This document shows, piece after piece, positions 48,785-58,380 of a stretch of DNA of 64,000 nucleotides (positions are counted from its first letter, which is position 1; every line of letters starts with the position of its first letter). The stretch lies in assembly GCA_028703495.1 (NCBI GenBank), contig JAQVMT010000002.1, positions 3,832-67,831 of the forward strand. Direction: 5' to 3'. Made by a program: the position numbers and the translations under genes. A model generated the notes under the pieces. The model worked only from the letters and a program-made list of their open reading frames with translations, was not told where the DNA came from and did no database searches. The DNA comes from Clostridia bacterium. GTDB lineage: Bacteria; Bacillota; Clostridia; Christensenellales; CAG-314.

Positions 48785-49471
48785 CTAATCGCTTTCATCA
48801 TCCGAGGTAGGGGCGAGTTTGGCAAATAGTTCGCCAAGTAAATTTAAGGCAACCAACATCGAGTTTTGTTCCTCGGGAGTGAGGTGTGAGTTGTAAAGAT
48901 TGTCGGTAAAGCAGTAGGATTTATATGCATAGGCATCATAAAGATTTGCCATTTTCTTCGTCGCAGTAATTATATGAACCTTCTTGTCGTTTGACGAAAG
49001 TGTTCTTTTGATGTATTTGTCCTTTTCCAGCACGTTTAAATATCTGTGCATATTACGAATGTTGATGCCGGTATAGCCGGCAAGCTCACCAACGCTTAGT
49101 TTTCCGTGTGCAAACAGAGCCGAAGCGATGTTTTGGTAGGTCGGGCTTGTATTTCCGAATATATAGTCGCCCTTTGCGTGTTGGGCGTTCGCATTGAGTA
49201 CGTTTGCACGCATCGGCAAGATCATCTTACTTAGCGCGATATTGATCTGACTTGTCATATTTCCGGATGTATTTCTCAATATTTCCTCATATAATGTCTC
49301 GTCTATCTTTTTGGTGCTCTTGTTCACCGAACAATCGTTTATGTCAACACTTGCGAAGTCCTTATCATTCTCAATCATCATTTTTCTTTCATCCTTGTAT
49401 AAAGTAACGCAAATCGAAACAAAGTCTTCGAAAACCCAAAACAAAAATGAACCAAAAAGATGTTTGCTCAT
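48785..49471 (-). CDS. MarR-like winged-helix transcriptional regulator with an atypical N-terminal region
   Basis: LSVGELAGYTGINIRNMHRYLNVLEKDKYIKR ... KKVHIITAT resembles a MarR wHTH. The N-terminal ~90 aa are unassigned and the start is uncertain. Confidence 0.6.
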   Translation of the reverse strand: MSKHLFGSFLFWVFEDFVSICVTLYKDERKMMIENDKDFASVDINDCSVNKSTKKIDETLYEEILRNTSGNMTSQINIALSKMILPMRANVLNANAQHAKGDYIFGNTSPTYQNIASALFAHGKLSVGELAGYTGINIRNMHRYLNVLEKDKYIKRTLSSNDKKVHIITATKKMANLYDAYAYKSYCFTDNLYNSHLTPEEQNSMLVALNLLGELFAKLAPTSDDESD

Positions 49472-50744
49472 TTTAAAGTAATTTCGATTACGTCGAGAAA
49501 CGCACGTTTGCGTATTGCAATTACGTTTGTACTTATTCTAATTCATATTTATCGATTTGTCAAGTCAAATTTACAAAAAAGAGCAAAAAATACATAAATG
49601 TTTGATTGTTACGGTTTAAATTATGTGTTTTATCAATATAACATCAAAAGAAGTTAACCTTAATATGAAGTATGACAAATTCAAATTAGAGGATATTCTT
49701 CTCAAGAAGATTAGTACTTGTGTATTCTATTTGCAAACAATCTTACAAATGTGAAATGAAAGAGGTAGAGGTTGAGTAAAAATCACATTTTATAAGGAAT
49801 AATCGATGAACGTAGAACAAGGGCTGCGAGCAGGACCCATTAATATACATTAAGAGATTATTGATTGTAAGGTAATGCGTGAGTACGATTCATTCTCTTG
49901 CACATTTGTGGAAATGTGTATCTAATACCGATCATTTTTTCCATAAACAATTATCGTCGTTTTATTTACTGTTCAGATTATGCGCTTTTACATAGAACGG
50001 TTCATCAGTTTAGTTAAAGTATATGGTATGTTTATTGTGTGCAAATTGAGTGGCTACGTTCTGCGCTCTTACAAAAAATTCTCTAAAAACCGCTCTTATA
50101 ATGTCAAAGCCAACGGAGTGTTCATGGATAACTTTGGCACAATAGCTGACTGCTATCGTTATACCGAGCAGTCAGTCGCAGGGCAGAAAAGGTATCAACA
50201 GCGGAATGATAATCAATGGTGGTACTGCTTATATTTCAATTGCAGTTTATCTCTGCTTCTTTCTACACCTATACTTTGACTTGGAACGCATTGGGTTGGA
50301 GCTTGATAAATTTGACTTCGTGAACGTTATATCCGAAGATAAAGTAATTATGCAACGTAAGAAGTCGAGTAAGGTATATATCATAGACTCATACTTATTT
50401 AGTGGGTGGGAATTGAACGAGGAGAAAAGTATTTGATTTAAACGTTTTGATTCATATTTTGTATCTGCTACCGTAACTGATACAATCGAATCTTTAAGTG
50501 TTTTGGGTGATAACCGCTTATTGGGCTGTCGTGAGGCTTCTTGTGGCAGACTTTTTTGTGTGCTTTGAGTGCTTTAATAATAAAAGCAAAAAAGAAATAG
50601 TATAATGAATTGAGATGTTTGTACTCTTGATAGAGTAGGCGGTTATAAATAGGCGTGTATGTCGAATATTGAGGTAAACATAAATATCTTATCAAAATCG
50701 GTCGGGGCGATTATGTGTATCAATGCAAAGGTGGAGTGTGCCGT

Positions 50745-51014
50745 ATGAACGATGAAATAGAAAAGCTTTTGAATATCAGCATGGTAGAACAGATCAAGAA
50801 TTTTAGATACATCCAATACGGCAAGGAAATAGCTGTATTGGAAGGGCGCATTATGTTGATGAGGCTAAGCCGCGAAAGTATGTTATTTTCTACGAAATCC
50901 GCGATCGGTTCAAAGGGGAGATTTGAGATTACGGGAACTGAACTGGAGATAGTATTGCTATCTGGCGACACTGTCATAGTAAAAGGCAAAATAGAAACTG
51001 CATCTGCGGGATAA
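50745..51014 (+). CDS. yqfC: Sporulation protein YqfC
   Basis: ~90 aa ending ELEIVLLSGDTVIVKGKIE, immediately upstream of yqfD-phoH as in B. subtilis. RBS AAAGGTGGAG. Confidence 0.7.
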   Translation: MNDEIEKLLNISMVEQIKNFRYIQYGKEIAVLEGRIMLMRLSRESMLFSTKSAIGSKGRFEITGTELEIVLLSGDTVIVKGKIETASAG

Positions 51015-51131
51015 CCGAGTTTTTTAAAGTCTGCATAATTATCGGCAGTTAAGAGGTCGAGTCGAAAGAATACTGCATATTAGTAATTCAAACACAAGCG
51101 CGTAGAAAAAACGTATATTAATAGAGGTTTT

Positions 51132-52238
51132 ATGTCAAAATGCAAAGTGAAAATAGAAGGGGACACGGGGTTGACGATAATCAAAAGGCTTACCGACGCG
51201 AAAATAAACTTATATTCGCCATCGGTCGTCAAGAACGGGGTATACGTAGCAATAAAAACGGAAAATTTGTCAAGACTTATTGCAATAGCAGAGGAATTAT
51301 GCTATAATATCAATATAGTGAGGTGGTATGGTCTCGGTCGGCTCGTACGATTTGCGGCTTCGAATGTAATAATTACTATGGCTGCGGTATTTGCTTTGAT
51401 ATTGCTCGCATTATCGAATTTTTTCGTTTTCGATATCAATGTAGAGGCGTACTCCGTTCAAGCAGAAGAAACAGCTCTAAACGTACTGAATTCCTATGGA
51501 ATCGGAGTATTTACCAAAAAAAGCGATATTCGATTAGACGAGTTGGAGAATGCTATCGTATGTGCGGTTTTGGACGCCGAATATGTATATGCGAGCATTT
51601 TTGGCTCGCAATTAAACATACGTATGACGCAGGAGAGCATCGGTGAGGTTTCGCCTGATTATTATCAGACGGCGGATATCGTTGCCGATAGAACGGGCGT
51701 TGTTGAAAGTGTGGTTACGCTCCGAGGTACTGCGGCGGTCAAGGTCGGCGACGTTGTGAAAAAAGGGCAGTTGCTTATTTCTTCGAAAGTGGAGTATGCG
51801 GACGGTTCGTCCAAGCTTGTTAGGGCGACAGGCATAGTCCGCGCAAGGGTCAGTTGCAGTGCGCAAACCGTGTTTAACGGAAGCGTATTGGTGATCGAAG
51901 AAACGGGAAGGACTATGGAGTACACTCGGTTAAGAATCTTCAATGCACGTGTTCAACAAAAGATTCCCGACTTTGCGACATATCGTGAGGTAATTCAGAC
52001 CTATTTGCTGTTGCCATTCCCGATGTTTATCGATAAGGTTGTCGCGTATGAAACGGTTTCAGTTATTCGCGAATTTGATTTTGAGTCCGTAAAGGTCGGT
52101 ATTTTCGCAGAACTATACGCAAAAGCCTTGGAAAAAGCAGATTTTCAAGTAGTAAGTCGGGAGGATACCTTCGACGGTCAGTTTGTAACGGTGACTCTTT
52201 ACGGATTTGCGGATATTGGCGAATCAGTGTATCGTTGA
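51132..52238 (+). CDS. yqfD: Sporulation protein YqfD (stage IV)
   Basis: Size, a single TM near residue 90, and the conserved yqfC-yqfD-phoH order. Confidence 0.7.
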   Translation: MSKCKVKIEGDTGLTIIKRLTDAKINLYSPSVVKNGVYVAIKTENLSRLIAIAEELCYNINIVRWYGLGRLVRFAASNVIITMAAVFALILLALSNFFVFDINVEAYSVQAEETALNVLNSYGIGVFTKKSDIRLDELENAIVCAVLDAEYVYASIFGSQLNIRMTQESIGEVSPDYYQTADIVADRTGVVESVVTLRGTAAVKVGDVVKKGQLLISSKVEYADGSSKLVRATGIVRARVSCSAQTVFNGSVLVIEETGRTMEYTRLRIFNARVQQKIPDFATYREVIQTYLLLPFPMFIDKVVAYETVSVIREFDFESVKVGIFAELYAKALEKADFQVVSREDTFDGQFVTVTLYGFADIGESVYR

Positions 52239-52358
52239 TGCACATAGGCGAAATAAAACTTATTTATAAGCCGCAAAGAATATCCTAGGAGCTTGTTCAT
52301 GCGTTCATAACTTTACGGAACGCAAAACACAGATTTGAATAAATATTTCAGGAGATAC

Positions 52359-53354
52359 ATGGAGAAAGCATCAAAAAAAATCGAAGTCGGTACTTTGGAT
52401 GAATTGATCAAAATATTCGGCACTTTGGACGAGAATATCAATATCATTTCTAAATTTTTCAAGGTAGACGTGATTAATCAAGGTGGAGAAAGTTATTTTT
52501 ACGGTGACGACAAAGCTGTAGAGGACGCCCTTTGCGTAGTTAAAAAGTTGTTGAATTTCATAAGGACGGGCGACAATGTAGACAGCGGCAGAGTAACCTA
52601 CGTATGCCGATGCGTGGCGGACGGCAAGCTGGACGAAATTGACGAGCTTATGCACGGAGTAGTTGCCGTTACCTACCGTGGAAAGGTAATCAAGTGCAAG
52701 ACGGTTGGGCAGAAGAAGTACGTCGATGCTATCAAAAAGAATACCGTAACGCTATCTGTCGGACCGGCAGGAACGGGAAAGACCTATCTTGCGGTTGCAT
52801 TGGCGGTTAGTGCATACAAGTCTAAGGAAGTCGAAAGAATTATCCTTACCCGCCCTGCGGTCGAGGCAGGCGAGAAGCTTGGTTTTTTACCCGGTGATTT
52901 ACAGGAAAAAGTCAATCCATACCTTCGCCCCCTGTACGATGCACTTTCGGAAATGTTGGGGGTTGAGAGCTATCAAAAGCTTTTGGAAAAGAACGTAATT
53001 GAGATTGCTCCTTTGGCTTATATGCGAGGAAGGACGCTAAATAACGCTTTTATCATTTTGGATGAGGCACAGAACACTACTCAGGAGCAGATGAAGATGT
53101 TCTTAACGCGACTTGGCGAGGGTAGCAAAATGGTGGTAACAGGTGATCTTACTCAAATCGATCTGCCTGACGGAAAAGTGAGCGGACTAAAACAGGCGGT
53201 AAGGGTTTTGGGTGGTATCGAAAACATTGCCATAATTAAGTTTACCGAAAAGGATGTTGTTCGTCATCCGCTGGTTCAAGCTATCGTTAAGGCATACGAA
53301 AGCTATGAAGCTAAAGCCGAATTTAAGGAGCGCGAACACAAGGAAAGGAAGTAG
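52359..53354 (+). CDS. phoH: PhoH-family ATPase
   Basis: GPAGTGKTYLAVA, FIILDEAQN and VVTGDLTQIDLP. Confidence 0.9.
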   Translation: MEKASKKIEVGTLDELIKIFGTLDENINIISKFFKVDVINQGGESYFYGDDKAVEDALCVVKKLLNFIRTGDNVDSGRVTYVCRCVADGKLDEIDELMHGVVAVTYRGKVIKCKTVGQKKYVDAIKKNTVTLSVGPAGTGKTYLAVALAVSAYKSKEVERIILTRPAVEAGEKLGFLPGDLQEKVNPYLRPLYDALSEMLGVESYQKLLEKNVIEIAPLAYMRGRTLNNAFIILDEAQNTTQEQMKMFLTRLGEGSKMVVTGDLTQIDLPDGKVSGLKQAVRVLGGIENIAIIKFTEKDVVRHPLVQAIVKAYESYEAKAEFKEREHKERK

Positions 53355-53489
53355 TACAAGCACTACGGAAGTAGCTAAGTATTTAATCTAAGTTAAGGAA
53401 TTAGTACAAACACGACAGAAGCTGCTAAGTATGAAACCAAGTTAAGGATTAAGCAAGGATTTAGTACTGAAACGACAGAAGGCGCTAAG
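53345..53489. repeat. ~50-bp tandem repeat (about 3 copies) beginning 7 nt before the phoH stop codon
   Basis: Units start at 53345, 53395 and 53444. Unit 1 begins AAGGAAGTAGTACAAGCACTACGGAAGTAGCTAAGTAT and unit 2 begins AAGGAATTAGTACAAACACGACAGAAGCTGCTAAGTAT. The third unit is AAGGATT...TTAGTACTGAAACGACAGAAGGCGCTAAG. Confidence 0.85.
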
Positions 53490-53673
53490 AAAAAAGGATT
53501 TCGGCGAAGTGTGAATCGGATATCACCTTGAAGAAAAGCAATGGGAGCCATCCCACCGAGCAAGCCAAATAAACTATCGTAAGTGCCGAGTTTTAATTCG
53601 GTTAAAAAAGTTTTCCGTGGGGAATTGCATTATACATTAGATTGACGAGTATACATCGAATAAGAGGGATAAA

Positions 53674-54627
53674 ATGGAATATACAGCTGATGAGATAAGG
53701 AAAAACAACATTTGGATGGGTTCTGAAAGTAATATGAGTACGTCATATATCGATATAAAAGACAAGCGGGTTATGGCATACACATGGACTGCCGAAAATC
53801 CGAAGTGCATTCTTAAGATTCAACACGGTATGGCGGAATATGCCGGCCGTTATGATGATTTCGCGCGCTATCTGAACGGCTTCGGAGTTACGGTTGTTGC
53901 TTTGGATGAGAGAGCGCACGGTTACACCGACAGAGAAACCTTGGGCTATGGTGAAGGTAATATTTGGGAGAATACTCTTGTGGATCAGATGTTTTTTAGT
54001 CGGAAGCTCAAAGCCGACTATCCGAATTTGCCGCTTATTCTGCTCGGACACAGCTACGGCAGTTTTTTGACTCAAAGACTGATGCAGACGGACAAACTTG
54101 GAGACGGCTTCATCTTGACGGGAAGCAGCTATATGAAGGGAATCGAGCCCACCATGGGAAAGCTTGTATCCCGAACCTGTATGTTGCTAAAAGGCGACAA
54201 GGCTCCTTGTAAGCCTATGTTCGCTATGAGCTTCAGTCGATATCACAAAAAATTCAAGGGTAACGGCTCATGGATTTCTCGGGATAAAAGCATTTCCGCA
54301 AAATACAAACAAGATGAATTGAGCGGCTTTTGCTGTTCAAATGCTTTTTACTATTACTTTATGGACGGGATTGCAAAGGCGTATACGAAGAAAAACCTTG
54401 CCAAAGTTCCATTGAATAAGCCGATATTTATCGCGAGCGGTCAAAATGATGCGGTAAGCAATATGGGGAGGGGGGCTGTAAAGCTGTTCGATATGTATCG
54501 AGCATTGGGCGTAAAAGACTTAACCTTCAAGCTCTATCCCGAGGCGCGTCACGAGGTTTTAAACGAGCTTAACCGTTTGGAGGTTTATACAGATATTAAA
54601 AATTTCATTGTCGAACGATTTATGTAG
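53674..54627 (+). CDS. Alpha/beta hydrolase (lysophospholipase / monoacylglycerol lipase-like)
   Basis: HGMAEY, nucleophile elbow LLGHSYGS, and C-terminal ARHEVLNE. Confidence 0.75.
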   Translation: MEYTADEIRKNNIWMGSESNMSTSYIDIKDKRVMAYTWTAENPKCILKIQHGMAEYAGRYDDFARYLNGFGVTVVALDERAHGYTDRETLGYGEGNIWENTLVDQMFFSRKLKADYPNLPLILLGHSYGSFLTQRLMQTDKLGDGFILTGSSYMKGIEPTMGKLVSRTCMLLKGDKAPCKPMFAMSFSRYHKKFKGNGSWISRDKSISAKYKQDELSGFCCSNAFYYYFMDGIAKAYTKKNLAKVPLNKPIFIASGQNDAVSNMGRGAVKLFDMYRALGVKDLTFKLYPEARHEVLNELNRLEVYTDIKNFIVERFM

Positions 54628-54780
54628 TAGGCCATCGGTTTTTGCCGATAACCGTTTCGTTTTTGATATTATTCGAGTTTCATTTTTATGGTTTAGGGCG
54701 AGTAAGTCGCCTTCGTCTTATATTAGAAACGAAGTGCAAAGTCGCCTTCGCCGTTAATGAAAACGGTGAGTTAAGCCGCT

Positions 54781-56049
54781 TCAATTGTCTTCTATTGTTA
54801 TACCTCCGCTTTGGAAAGGGATGTGGTCAATCATCGCGGATGACGTAACGGGAGAAGGCAAGCTTTTGTAGAGGTTTTGGGCTTTTATTATTGCATCGTA
54901 GCCGTATTTATTGCGAATTGCGTCGACGGTCTGTTCAATCTTTTCGGCTTTGACCAGATTGGGGAAGAATATGCTGTTTTGGAGCGTGGTTGCCGAGCTT
55001 AGTGAAGATAGAGATACGGTGAATGTACGAACTGCCTTACAGTTTAGAGGATTCCAATAGCGGTGCAAGAGGACTAATGTTTCCTTGTACATAACTTCGC
55101 TTAGGTTGGTTTGAGGCAACGATGTTTGGTGGCTTTCTCCCGTCAGGTCATTGTATCTTATATGCAAAGTTAAGGTTTTACCCGCAAGATTGTATGAGCG
55201 CATTCTGGAACAAACCATTTCGCACAATCTCAACAAAAGGGAATGCGCCTGTTCATATGATTCTATATCTACCGAGGAAGTGAAGCCGTGACCTACGCTT
55301 TTGATTTCGTCGTGTGTATTGACGGGGCTTACGGGGGAATCGTCCAATCCGCGTGCAAAGTCCTGCATTTTCTTTCCGTTTATTCCGAAATGCTTGGTAA
55401 GGACCTCTGTCGGCGCATATGCGAGATCTCCTATCGTGCATATATTCAATTTTTTCAAAGCCGCTCCAGTTTTGCTTCCGACCATCAACATATCGCTCGC
55501 GGGCAGTGAGTAAATAACTTCGGGAAAGCTTTCGTATGGAATTACAGTGGTTGCATCGGGCTTTTTTATGTCTGAACCGAGTTTTGCAAAGACCTTGTTA
55601 AAGGAAACACCGACGGAGATTGTAAGTCCCGTTTCCCGCTTTATAACTTCGCGCAACTCGTTTGCGATTGCTTCTCCGTCGCCCAAGACGGCGGAATGAG
55701 ATACGTCTAGCCAACATTCGTCCAATCCCATACTCTCCACCAAATCGGTGTATCTATAATAAATGCTTTGCACGGCTTTGGAGTAGAAGGAGTACGCTCC
55801 GAAGGTTGGGCGGACCACAATCAATTCGGGGCATTTTTGTTGAGCTTGCCAAATAGCCTCACCGGTTTTAACTCCCATTTGCTTGGCTTTGGTGTTCTTT
55901 GCCAGCACGATTCCGTGTCTCATCTCGGGATTGCCGCATACCGCTACATATTTATCCGCCAAATACGGATCGTTCGCACACTCCACGGAAGCGTAAAAAT
56001 TATTCAAGTCACAATGCAGAATACTGCGTATTTTCACATCTGTTTTCAT
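54781..56049 (-). CDS. dinB: DNA polymerase IV (Y-family)
   Basis: ILHCDLNNFYASVE, SIDEAF-like MGLDECWLDV, and the SVGVSFNKVFAKL region. Confidence 0.9.
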   Translation of the reverse strand: MKTDVKIRSILHCDLNNFYASVECANDPYLADKYVAVCGNPEMRHGIVLAKNTKAKQMGVKTGEAIWQAQQKCPELIVVRPTFGAYSFYSKAVQSIYYRYTDLVESMGLDECWLDVSHSAVLGDGEAIANELREVIKRETGLTISVGVSFNKVFAKLGSDIKKPDATTVIPYESFPEVIYSLPASDMLMVGSKTGAALKKLNICTIGDLAYAPTEVLTKHFGINGKKMQDFARGLDDSPVSPVNTHDEIKSVGHGFTSSVDIESYEQAHSLLLRLCEMVCSRMRSYNLAGKTLTLHIRYNDLTGESHQTSLPQTNLSEVMYKETLVLLHRYWNPLNCKAVRTFTVSLSSLSSATTLQNSIFFPNLVKAEKIEQTVDAIRNKYGYDAIIKAQNLYKSLPSPVTSSAMIDHIPFQSGGITIEDN

Positions 56050-56076
56050 ATTTGCGTCCTAATTGTCGCTGAGCAC

Positions 56077-56184
56077 TATCACCTTTTGATTTAGCCGATA
56101 CCTTTTTGTCGCCGATAACTATTCCCTTTGAATTTAGCAAGCTCTTATTTTAACCGAGAACGACACCCTTTGGATTTAGCCAAT
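56077..56184. repeat. Three ~42-bp-spaced direct repeats just upstream of the dinB start
   Basis: CTATCACCTTTTGATTTAGCCGATA (56077), CTATTCCCTTTGAATTTAGCAAGC (56119) and CGACACCCTTTGGATTTAGCCAAT (56161). Confidence 0.75.
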
Positions 56185-56393
56185 TTCTCCGTTCAGTATT
56201 TATTAATATGCAACATATGCTCGAAATAATCCCGCAAGAAGGCAGTATGTGCTACAAAACATATCGAGTTTTTCAGTTAAATCGACTGATGGTATATTCG
56301 GGCATATCAGCTATCGGAAACCATTTCCGACTTGATGATTTCAACCCGCGTTTAATTCCAAAAATGTCACAGGCGTCTTTATTGTTTGGAATT

Positions 56394-56464
56394 TTTAAAA
56401 TTGCTCGGTCGTCGCGTTGCTACGCTTTGCGCTTTTTGAATATCCGCTCTAAAAAATTCACTCG
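56394..56464 (+). repeat. ~70-nt dispersed repeat, copy Y
   Basis: TTTAAAAATTGCTCGGTCGTCGCGTTGCTACGCTTTGCGCTTTTTGAATATCC...CACTCG. Matches 34907-34978. Confidence 0.7.
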
Positions 56465-56886
56465 TAATATTCAATTTTGAAGCTACTCGGTTTTATGGTT
56501 ATTATAAACCTATGTTTGTGTGTTGTCAATTAAATAAACATACGTTTATGATAATTTTTAATCCGAATAGGAACCCGAAACTCAAAAACAAATAATACTT
56601 ATAATGACATTTTAATAGCAATATTCTTATCCTTGGTTGCCCTATCAAAAGCAATATCGAAAAAACGATGATTTCGACATTTAATTTACTTATTTTTTGG
56701 CTTGAATGTTAAGTCTGCAGTTAATTTTAATACAATATAAAGAACAGAGGATTTTCTAATAGTAAATTCGACATAGTAAATACCAAGAGAAGTGCCATTC
56801 ATACAGAATACACTATATAGCTCAAAAAACGAAGATTTGCCGATAATAATTACGCAAAGCAATGCGATTCTTTTGAAGGAGGAAAC

Positions 56887-58311
56887 ATGAGACTGACGCA
56901 GCTACTCAAGGACATGATAATAGAAGAAATCAGTGGTGATGTAAATGTCAACGTTGAGGCTTTGACTCACGAGGTTGCCAAGATTACTAAAGACAGCTTA
57001 TTCTTCTGCATCGAAGGTGCAAAGTTCGACGGGCATATGCTAGCGGGCAATGCCGTAGAAAAGGGCGCGAGCGTGGTTGTCACAAGCCGCAAGCTGGGAT
57101 TAAGCGTAACCGAAGTAATTGTTCGAAATACAAGGCGTGCTATGTCGCTAATGAGTCAAAATTTTTATGATAACAGCGATAAAGCTTTAAAAATAATCGG
57201 AGTAACGGGAACGAATGGAAAAACTTCCACAACCTACATATTGGACAGCATTTTGCGGTGTGCGGGAAAGAAAACGGGCATAATCGGTACTGACGGAATA
57301 AGAATACTTAACGAAAGGTTTGAAGCAAGGCTCACGACGCCCGATCCGATAGAATTAAACAGAGTCTTTTACGATATGAAAGCGTGCGGCGTGGAGTACG
57401 TCATTATGGAGGTTTCTGCTCACGCTATCGCATTGTGCAAGGTAGACGGAATAAGCTTTGAGGTGGGCATTCTAACTAATTTTTCTCCCGAGCACCTAGA
57501 CTTTTTCCACGATGAAAGCATCTACAGGGCAGTTAAGAAAAGCTTTTTTACGGATAACTATATTCGAAACGCCGTAGTAAACTGCGATGACGACTTGGGA
57601 TTGGAGTTGACTCTTAAACCAAAAGTTCCAACGGTAAGCTACGGAGTCGAAAATCCCTGTGATGCTTTTGCGATAGATTCTTATTCGCACAACGGAGGAA
57701 GCGGTTACATCGCCAACATAAACGATGAAATAATAAAAATAAAAACAAAGCTACAGGGTGTTTACAACCTTTACAATACACTTGCCGCAGCAACTTGTGC
57801 TAAACTTTTGGGCATAAGTAACGCCGATGTTGCACAAGGTATAAGCAGATTGGAATACATCGAGGGAAGGAATCGCGAGCATATAACACGAAAAGGCGTA
57901 AGAATTGTCGTTGACTTTGCGCATACGGCTCAAGCATATATGCGTATACTAGAGTTGCTCAAGCAAGGCTGTAAGGGTAAATTGATCGCTGTTTTAGGTT
58001 GTGGAGGCGATCGAGATAGGTCTCAACGTAGCAAAATAGGCAAAATATCGTCTACTATGTCAGACATAGTTGTATTAACAGAGGACAATTCGAGGAGTGA
58101 AAACGTTCAGGATATAATACATGACATCGAAGCCGGCATTGACAGAGACCACAAGGTAATAACCGACAGGAAGAAAGCGATCGATTATGCTGTTTCGTGT
58201 GCTAGGTCCGGCGACGTGGTAGCGGTTTTAGGAAAGGGCGTAGAGCGATATATAGACAGAGGTGATACTAAGATAGAGTTTTGTGACTGGGAGTACGTCC
58301 AAAGTTTTTGA
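56887..58311 (+). CDS. murE: UDP-N-acetylmuramoyl-L-alanyl-D-glutamate ligase that adds the third residue (MurE)
   Basis: GVTGTNGKTST and VMEVSAH. EDNSR sits where DAP-type enzymes have DNPR, so the added amino acid is not certain. Confidence 0.9.
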   Translation: MRLTQLLKDMIIEEISGDVNVNVEALTHEVAKITKDSLFFCIEGAKFDGHMLAGNAVEKGASVVVTSRKLGLSVTEVIVRNTRRAMSLMSQNFYDNSDKALKIIGVTGTNGKTSTTYILDSILRCAGKKTGIIGTDGIRILNERFEARLTTPDPIELNRVFYDMKACGVEYVIMEVSAHAIALCKVDGISFEVGILTNFSPEHLDFFHDESIYRAVKKSFFTDNYIRNAVVNCDDDLGLELTLKPKVPTVSYGVENPCDAFAIDSYSHNGGSGYIANINDEIIKIKTKLQGVYNLYNTLAAATCAKLLGISNADVAQGISRLEYIEGRNREHITRKGVRIVVDFAHTAQAYMRILELLKQGCKGKLIAVLGCGGDRDRSQRSKIGKISSTMSDIVVLTEDNSRSENVQDIIHDIEAGIDRDHKVITDRKKAIDYAVSCARSGDVVAVLGKGVERYIDRGDTKIEFCDWEYVQSF

Positions 58312-58380
58312 AAGAGTGGTAATTAAGAATGTGATTACTGCATCAAGATTGCGGCAAAAGGAAAGGCGCGAAAACAGGTA

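Noticed and set aside
56210-56223. LexA (Cheo) box GCAACATATGCTCG upstream of dinB.
   Set aside because: It has two mismatches inside the conserved GAAC/GTTC arms (CAAC-N4-GCTC) and lies about 165 nt from the start codon. That is too weak to call without a genome-specific motif.
56208-56480. 90-aa ORF in the dinB-murE intergenic region, and the similar ORF 34796..34990.
   Set aside because: Their only shared segment (CYALRFL) comes from the 70-nt dispersed DNA repeat. They have no RBS and low-complexity sequence, so the conservation is more likely at the nucleotide level.
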